Assembly: GCA_024276075.1 (NCBI GenBank)
Contig: JAJRXX010000005.1
Location: 18,664 to 82,663 of the forward strand
Reading direction: 5' to 3'
Length of the DNA: 64,000 bases
Source: Planctomycetota bacterium
GTDB taxonomy: Bacteria; Planctomycetota; Phycisphaerae; Phycisphaerales; Phycisphaeraceae
Both the position numbers and the translations under genes were made by a program. Position 1 is the first letter of the stretch. Each line of letters starts with the position of its first letter. Shown here in pieces: positions 58,297-64,000 of the stretch. Under the pieces are notes generated by a model that was not told where the DNA came from, searched no databases, and saw only the letters and a list, made by a program, of their open reading frames with translations.

Positions 58297-58422
58297 TAGA
58301 GCAACTGGCGTCAATATTTACCATCTTGATTGTATGGTAGGTGTAACCAACATCTGTATTTCACGGCTTGCAAGCAAGCCGTGCCACCCGGTCAATGAAG
58401 ATTAATGACGTCAGTTGCTCTA
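58297..58422 (-). mobile_element. MITE-like element, type C copy 2 (126 bp, complete, long TIRs)
   Basis: tagagcaactggcgtcaatatttaccatcttgattg...caatgaagattaatgacgtcagttgctcta; core hairpin cacggcttgcaagcaagccgtg; TA on both flanks. Confidence 0.85.
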
Positions 58423-58704
58423 AACGCCGCGATTTCTATAATTGAACTGAATTCACAACTCGCAACACTAATTTGAATTGGGTTCATTTGCGAGTGCGGG
58501 TGTTCGACAGCACCTGAAAATCGCAGTTTTTACCGTAACAACGAAGACGTGTGCAACCAGCGACCGCTGGTGGCAGACCCGGTGTGGCGGCGTTTTTATA
58601 GTCTCGCGTTGCACAGATTCGCCAGTGATATTGTTTGATAATCAATGCGGATTGCAACGGTCAAGACAAGGGTAGGGCTGTCCGATACCACCCTTGGTGA
58701 ACCG

Positions 58705-59541
58705 ATGCCGAATCCCTCTACACAGCCACACCCCGACCAACTCGCCAAGGTCGAACAACTACTCGAGCACTTCGAGCAGCTCGAAGCCCAACTCCAGCAG
58801 GTGCGCGACGGGCTAACCCATTCGCACCGCTTGGCGACTCTGGGGACCATCGCGTCGATCATCGCGCACGAATACAACAATATATTGACGCCGATCCTCA
58901 GCTACGGTCAGCTTGCCCTAGGGAACCCCGACGACCAAAAGATGATGCGCACCGCTGTGGAGAAGGCCGTGTCGGGCTCGGAGCGTGCAGCTAAGATCAG
59001 CTCGTCGCTTCTGGGCTTTGCACGTGAAGCGGATCAAGAACACGCTGCGGGCCTGCGGACAACAATCAACGACGCGCTGGCGTGTCTGGGTCGCGACCCG
59101 AAAAAAGATGGCGTCGACGTGACGATCGAGGTGCCCGACGTGCGTGTGACCATGTCGCCGTTAAAGCTCCAACAGGTGCTGCTGAACCTGATCCTAAACG
59201 CCAAAGACGCGATGCGGCGGACGGGCGGCTCACTTTGGATCACCGGCAGCGTGCAAGGCACATACGTACACGTAGACGTAGCGGACTCTGGCCCGGGCAT
59301 CCCCGAGCAGATCGTCGACCGTCTGTTTGAGCCTTTTGTGACGCACCGGCAATACCGAGCCGACGAGGATCAGCCCGACCGCAAGGGCACGGGGCTGGGC
59401 CTGTGTATATGCAGGGACCTGATCCGCAACGCAGGCGGCCGCATCAGCGTCGATAGCGTGCCGGGCAAGGGCGCGACGTTCCACCTGACAATCCCGCTGG
59501 CTGAGGACCTGTTCGAGCCGCCTGTGAAGAAGAAGGGCTGA
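58705..59541 (+). CDS. soluble sensor histidine kinase (HisKA + HATPase_c)
   Basis: Coiled-coil N-terminus, H-box LGTIASIIAHEYNNILTPI, N box LNLILNAKDAM, G boxes DSGPGI and GTGLGL. ATG 58705 preferred over track start 58645. Confidence 0.85.
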   Translation: MPNPSTQPHPDQLAKVEQLLEHFEQLEAQLQQVRDGLTHSHRLATLGTIASIIAHEYNNILTPILSYGQLALGNPDDQKMMRTAVEKAVSGSERAAKISSSLLGFAREADQEHAAGLRTTINDALACLGRDPKKDGVDVTIEVPDVRVTMSPLKLQQVLLNLILNAKDAMRRTGGSLWITGSVQGTYVHVDVADSGPGIPEQIVDRLFEPFVTHRQYRADEDQPDRKGTGLGLCICRDLIRNAGGRISVDSVPGKGATFHLTIPLAEDLFEPPVKKKG

Positions 59542-59596
59542 GGCGGTTTGCGGTTTGGTTCACGAGCGGGGCGTTGATTTCGTCAGTATCGAAAAG

Positions 59597-59660
59597 AAAC
59601 GCCGGGGCGATGTGCGAGGGCTGTAGGCATGCCCTGTGCGCAGCGCGACCGGCGTTTTTT
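59597..59660 (+). terminator. long-stem rho-independent terminator after the kinase gene
   Basis: aaacgccgg...(internal agggc/gccct hairpin)...ccggcgttt running into a T6 tract. Confidence 0.6.
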
Positions 59661-60333
59661 AGGTAACACGAAGTGTAAACCGTCCGTGGCGTTCTGTCGG
59701 CGTCGCTTGGCCCCAAATCGCTCTTGCCGGGAGAGGTCGGCCGATCGCGCAGAGTCGCTGGTGTCGGGTCGGGTCACACAACTTGCGTATAAGCAAGTCG
59801 TGCGGCCCGACCCACGCATTGTGATGCGTGGGCTTCGAATCATCCGTGTGGTCGAGAAGAGGACCGCTTGCTAACGCGCGCGGCTCGTCGCGGTGACGCA
59901 CGGATTGATCTGGTCCCGACGGGGCTCGGTTCACGAGGGGTTCTTAGGCCCCAAGGCTTCCGGCCCGTGCCCAGAGCAACCAAGTCTGCTGACCCGCTTT
60001 TTTTTGTCCCGCTCGCAGCTCGTTGGTCCTCTCCGAAGGCTACCCGTACGAGGTTGTTGAGCGAAACATGGCGGAGCCGTCAAACGGACCCCGGAAGATC
60101 GCAAACGACCGCCGGGGCTTTCACTATGGGGCGAAGGGGCGCGTTTGTGCGCACGAGGCAGGGTGCCCCCGGTGATTCACCGGGGGCTAAATGGGGTATG
60201 ACGGGTGTATTGGGGTGTTCGGCTGGGAGGTGCCCCAGCTGCTGATGCAGCGAATAAGAAGCCGATCGTTCAAGCACCGAAGCCGTGTGAATGATCCGCT
60301 TGACTGGCTATGGGGAGAGTAGGTTCGTTTGTT

Positions 60334-60410
60334 CAGCACAGCCAATATTTACGAGATGGCAGGTCGTCGACCTGCCCTACCACCTATACCGTTATTTATG
60401 GGCAGCCTGC
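60334..60410. repeat. degenerate type-B-like MITE remnant
   Basis: The core ggcaggtcgtcgacctgccctac and the flank gttatttatgggcagc resemble ggcaggtcaatgacctgccctac and gattatttatgcaaggtgc of the B element. The termini are diverged. Confidence 0.4.
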
Positions 60411-60447
60411 ATATCGCGTCAACAGCCCGCAGGTCCATGTCCTACAG

Positions 60448-62214
60448 TTACGCGGGGCGTGTGGCTTTGAGCCACTTAACTAGCGCGGTGCGTGGCATGG
60501 CGTTGACGACGTTGTCTTTTGTAGCGCCGGCGCGTTGAGCGGTGAGGATGCCATAGATGAGTTGATCGAAGTCGCCCGGGCCGTGTGCGTCGGTGTCGAT
60601 CGCGAGCATGACCCCCGCGTCGATGGCGGCACGGGCGTTGACATCGTTCAAGTCGAGCCGCCAATTGTTTGCGTTGATCTCTAGGGCAATACCACGCTCG
60701 GCTGCTGCTGCGATAACCTGCTTCATGTCGGGGCTCATGCCTTGGCGTCGATTGATAAGCCTCCCGGTAGGGTGGCCGACGATGGTGACGTAGGGGTTGT
60801 GGATGGCTTTGACGAGCCGTTTGGTGGCTTTGGCGGGTTCCTGCGACAAGCCTGAGTGCGGCGATGCGACGACGAGGTCGAGCTCTTTGAGCAAGGCGTT
60901 GGGGTAGTCGAGCGAGCCGTCGGCGAGGATGTCGACCTCGGACCCCGCTAGGACGGTGATGGTCTGTTTCAGCTCGTCGGCGACGCTGCGGATGGCTTGG
61001 ACGTGCTGTTCTAAGCGATTATTTGACAATCCGTTAGCGATGGCTTGGCTGCGTGAGTGGTCGGTGACGGCGATGGTGTGAAATCCGCGCTCGGCAGCGG
61101 TCAGAGCGAGGTCGCGTATGGACCATCGCCCGTCGCTGGCGTCGGTGTGCGCGTGCAGCTCGGCTTTGATGTCGGGTAACTCGATGAGCGTGGGCAGTTG
61201 GTCTTTTTGGGCTAGCGTGATCTCGCCTCGGTCCTCGCGCAGTGTGGGTGGGATGTAGGTGAGGCCTAGTTTTTTGTAGACGTCCTGCTCGGTGCGGCTG
61301 GCGATGGGGCGGTCGTTTTTCTGGAGGCTGTATTCGTTTAAGCGTGCGCCCTGGTCGATGGCGAGCTGTCGCAGTGCGACGTTGTGCTCTTTTGAGCCTG
61401 TGAAGTACAGCAGCGCTGCACCGAAACTGTCGGGGGTCACGACGCGCAGGTCGACTTGGATAGCGTGTTTGTCGCCGGCGATGCGCACGGAGGTCTTGGT
61501 GGGGCCCTTGACGAGGACGTCGGTGACGGGTTCGAGCTTGACGAATGCGTCGCTGACGGCTTGGGCGGCTTTGTCGGGGTGCTTGGGGTTTGGCTGCATG
61601 GCGACGATCAGGTCGATGTCGCCTATGGTTTCCTTGCCACGGCGTAGACTGCCCGCATATGCGGCGTGCTTGACGCCTTGGATTTGGCGAAGTTGATCGA
61701 CGAGCCACAGTGCCAGCGGTAATGCTTGACCGAGACGAACGCGTTGGCCTGAGGTCTGAGCAAATTTGATGCTCTTGCGTAGGTTTTCGAGTTTCTTGGT
61801 ACCCAGGCCGGGCAGTTGGGCTAGTTCGTCGGTGCGGAGCTTGGCTTTGAGGTCGTCGAGGCTCTCGATGCCCGCCTGCTTCCAGAGCAGAGCGATGGTC
61901 TTAGGCCCCAGGCCTGAGATGTCCAGCAATGCGGGTAGGCCCTTGGGCAGCTTGGCGAGTAGGTCGGCGTGTTCCTTGATCTTGCCGGTGTCGAGGAACT
62001 GTGCGATGCGCTGCGCGGTGCCCTTGCCGATGCCCTCGATTTTGGCGATCTCTTTGACGTCGGGGCCGATGCTGGCCAGGTCGTCGGGCAGATCGTCGAT
62101 GACGCGAGCGGCTCGCTGGAATGCGTTGATGCGGAAACGGTCGCCGCTGAGGATCTCGAGCACAGCGGCCATCTGTTCGAACAGCGCAGCGAGTTGTTTG
62201 TTTGCGTTAGGCAT
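60448..62214 (-). CDS. polX: DNA polymerase X family protein with C-terminal PHP phosphoesterase domain
   Basis: N-terminus NKQLAALFEQMAAVLEILSGDRFRINAFQRAARVI, HhH motifs (GIGKGTAQRI, GLGPKTI), GSLRRGKETIGDIDL, PHP HAHTDASDG. Confidence 0.9.
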   Translation of the reverse strand: MPNANKQLAALFEQMAAVLEILSGDRFRINAFQRAARVIDDLPDDLASIGPDVKEIAKIEGIGKGTAQRIAQFLDTGKIKEHADLLAKLPKGLPALLDISGLGPKTIALLWKQAGIESLDDLKAKLRTDELAQLPGLGTKKLENLRKSIKFAQTSGQRVRLGQALPLALWLVDQLRQIQGVKHAAYAGSLRRGKETIGDIDLIVAMQPNPKHPDKAAQAVSDAFVKLEPVTDVLVKGPTKTSVRIAGDKHAIQVDLRVVTPDSFGAALLYFTGSKEHNVALRQLAIDQGARLNEYSLQKNDRPIASRTEQDVYKKLGLTYIPPTLREDRGEITLAQKDQLPTLIELPDIKAELHAHTDASDGRWSIRDLALTAAERGFHTIAVTDHSRSQAIANGLSNNRLEQHVQAIRSVADELKQTITVLAGSEVDILADGSLDYPNALLKELDLVVASPHSGLSQEPAKATKRLVKAIHNPYVTIVGHPTGRLINRRQGMSPDMKQVIAAAAERGIALEINANNWRLDLNDVNARAAIDAGVMLAIDTDAHGPGDFDQLIYGILTAQRAGATKDNVVNAMPRTALVKWLKATRPA

Positions 62215-62400
62215 AGCGCAGCGTGGATGATTCTAGCGGGGCAATGCCAGCTAATGGAGTTCGACGACCCGCGTGGTTGATTTTGTAGTGTTACGCCCTG
62301 AAATCAATGGGCTGCGGGCATGGTCGAAGTTTGCGTGGCCTTGCTGTAGACTCTTTGGTCTTGGCTGGGGAAGGGAAAAATGTGTACGGGAAGGGCGGCG

Positions 62401-63768
62401 ATGGACTATGTACAGATCACAAAACCGCAGCGGCGGGCGATGCTCGACGCAATCGGTGTGGACGAGGTCGAAGACCTATACGCGAACCTAGCGGATGAAT
62501 ACCGGCTCAAGGAATCGGTGACACTCGAGGGGCTAGACAACGGTCTAAGCGAGCTTGAGCTGATCGATCGGCTCGACGAGATGGCGCGAGAAAACCGTCC
62601 CACAGGCGCGTCGGGTTGGAGCTGTTTTTTGGGTGGGGGTGCGTACGATCACTTTATCCCCACGGTAGTGGACCATCTAGCGGGGCATGGCGCGTTCCTG
62701 ACAGCGTACACACCTTACCAAGCGGAGGCGTCGCAGGGATCGTTGCAGGCGTTTTTCGAGTTCCAGACACAGGTATGTCGGCTGACGGGTCTGGGTGTGG
62801 CCAACGCATCGTTATACGAGGGCGCGACCGCGGTGGCGGAAGCGGTGGTCATGGCGCTGAACACCACGGGCAAACGCCGTGTGCTTGTGGCGTCGACGGT
62901 GCACCCGCACTACCGCCAAGTGGTGCACACGCATCTGTCAGACCTGCCGGTGGAGTTAATCGAACTGCCTGCGTGCGCACAGACAGGGACGATCGAAATA
63001 GGCGCACTGGCAACCGCGCTGGGGCCGGGTGATACCGCGTGCGTGGTGGTCCAGTCGCCGAACGTGCACGGGTTGATCGAAGATTGGTCGGAACTATTCG
63101 CCGCGGCGCACGGCGAAGACAAGACGCTGGCGGTGGCGGTGTTTAACCCAATCGCGTGCGGGCTTCTGAAGCGGCCGGGCGATTGCGGGGCTGACATCGC
63201 CGCGGGCGAGGGCCAACCGCTGGGCACACCGATGCAGTACGGCGGACCGTATTTGGGGTTATTCGCTGCACGGCAATCGCTGATGAGAAAAATGCCGGGC
63301 CGACTGGTCGGCCAAACGACGGACAACCAGGGCCAGCGTGGCTATTGCCTGACACTACAAACACGCGAGCAACACATCCGCGGAGCCAAAGCGACGAGTA
63401 ATATTTGCACAAACCAGGGCTTGCTGGCGCTACGAGCAACTATTTATATGAGCACGATGGGCCAATCGGGTCTGCGTGAAGCAGCCAGCCAGTGCTACCA
63501 CAAGGCGCACCACGCTGCACAACAGATCACTGGGATCGAAGGATACTCGCTGGCATATGCGGGATCGTTCTTTAACGAGTTCGTGGTCAACTGCCCGGTA
63601 CCAGCGGCACGGATCATCGAGCTTGGACGAGAGCGAAGCATCGGGCCGGGGCTAGACTGCGCGAGCCTGGGAACGGGCACGGATAACCAATTACTCGTTG
63701 CGGTAACGGAGAAGCGCACAGCAGCGCAGATCGGCGCGCTGGCGGAGCTATTAAAGGACGCATCGTGA
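62401..63768 (+). CDS. gcvPA: glycine dehydrogenase (aminomethyl-transferring) subunit 1
   Basis: MDYVQITKPQRRAMLDAIGV, FLGGGAYDH, YTPYQAEASQGSLQ, TREQHIRGAKATSNICTNQ motifs. Confidence 0.9.
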   Translation: MDYVQITKPQRRAMLDAIGVDEVEDLYANLADEYRLKESVTLEGLDNGLSELELIDRLDEMARENRPTGASGWSCFLGGGAYDHFIPTVVDHLAGHGAFLTAYTPYQAEASQGSLQAFFEFQTQVCRLTGLGVANASLYEGATAVAEAVVMALNTTGKRRVLVASTVHPHYRQVVHTHLSDLPVELIELPACAQTGTIEIGALATALGPGDTACVVVQSPNVHGLIEDWSELFAAAHGEDKTLAVAVFNPIACGLLKRPGDCGADIAAGEGQPLGTPMQYGGPYLGLFAARQSLMRKMPGRLVGQTTDNQGQRGYCLTLQTREQHIRGAKATSNICTNQGLLALRATIYMSTMGQSGLREAASQCYHKAHHAAQQITGIEGYSLAYAGSFFNEFVVNCPVPAARIIELGRERSIGPGLDCASLGTGTDNQLLVAVTEKRTAAQIGALAELLKDAS

Positions 63769-63782
63769 CGCGAAGCGCAACC

Positions 63783-64000
63783 ATGGAATCGACGTCAACC
63801 CCACAACGTGAAAAGACAACGACGCACGGGGCGGGTTCCGACCGCAGCGGCGACGGCGTGACGCTGATCTTTGAGCGTTCGACACCAGGGGTCTGCGCGG
63901 TAGATCTACCCGCATTGGACGTGCCCGAAGCACCGGCGGGACAAGGATTATTCGCCGACGAGGCCCCGGACCTGGGGCATATCGGTCAGCTTGATCTGGT
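63783..64000 (+). CDS. gcvPB: glycine dehydrogenase subunit 2, N-terminal fragment (runs off the window end)
   Basis: Hand translation from ATG 63783: MESTSTPQREK...GVTLIFERSTPGVCAVDLPALDVPEAP, the LIFE.S..G...P..DVP start typical of GcvPB. Open to base 64000; not in the ORF track. Confidence 0.75.
   Translation, partial: MESTSTPQREKTTTHGAGSDRSGDGVTLIFERSTPGVCAVDLPALDVPEAPAGQGLFADEAPDLGHIGQLDL

Noticed and set aside
59918-60330. Possible tmRNA or RNase P RNA. ggggctcggttcacgagggg...ccccaagg resembles a tmRNA 5' end, gcaaacgac resembles the E. coli tag start, and ggcagggtgcc plus a hairpin and gtgtgaatga resemble RNase P P7/P8 and 3' motifs.
   Set aside because: There is no T-arm or acceptor 3' end complementary to the putative tmRNA 5' end, and no tag frame ending in an Ala-Ala-stop-like codon series. 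The universally conserved RNase P blocks GGAAAGUCCGGGC and ACAGAANNCGGCUUA are absent on both strands. I treat this only as an unassigned structured region.
62215-62400. Glycine riboswitch expected upstream of gcvPA.
   Set aside because: No tandem GGAGAG...ACCGAAGGGGCAA-type aptamer cores are visible in the 186-bp leader.

Overview
This is 64 kb from a moderately G+C-rich bacterial chromosome. The gene content (PEP-CTERM secreted protein, many lineage-specific lipoproteins, split glycine dehydrogenase gcvPA/gcvPB, PolX, FlgM, MCP) would fit a PVC-group or Planctomycetota-like organism, but that is only a guess. I can support about 57 protein-coding genes, two of them edge-truncated and absent from the ORF track, plus 4 tRNAs (Ser-CGA, Gly-UCC, Ser-GCU, Arg-CCU), a parS site, a few terminator hairpins and a family of interspersed repeats. 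Most of the window is housekeeping: lysA, ruvB, bioB, plsY, gpmI, folP, aguB-aguA, parB, polX, gcvP, a MATE pump and an APC permease. Three things stand out. (1) A glycan island of about 17.8 kb (20.1-37.9 kb) encodes every canonical pseudaminic acid step (pseB, pseC, a fused pseG-pseH, pseI, pseF). It also carries a second layer of tailoring genes: a NeuB-family synthase fused to a lyxose-isomerase-like cupin, a second DegT aminotransferase, 2 oxidoreductases, 2 formyltransferase-fold proteins, a PIG-L deacetylase, 2 methyltransferases, a KpsS/KpsC-like protein and a GT-B-like gene split by one in-frame TAA. (2) A modular family of MITE-like repeats with TAGAGCAAC termini is present in at least 9 copies or fragments. 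Inverted copies bracket the 21 kb segment that holds the island, and direct copies bracket a low-G+C orphan gene lying between two tRNAs. (3) tRNA-Ser(CGA) is followed by a disrupted duplicate of its own 3' end, and a convergent gap of about 900 bp (59.5-60.4 kb) is noncoding and hairpin-rich. I found no CRISPR array, rRNA, transposase, integrase or recognisable phage-defence or toxin-antitoxin module. The best candidate for a novel system is the expanded nonulosonic-acid island. That call is an inference from domain content, made without any database search.
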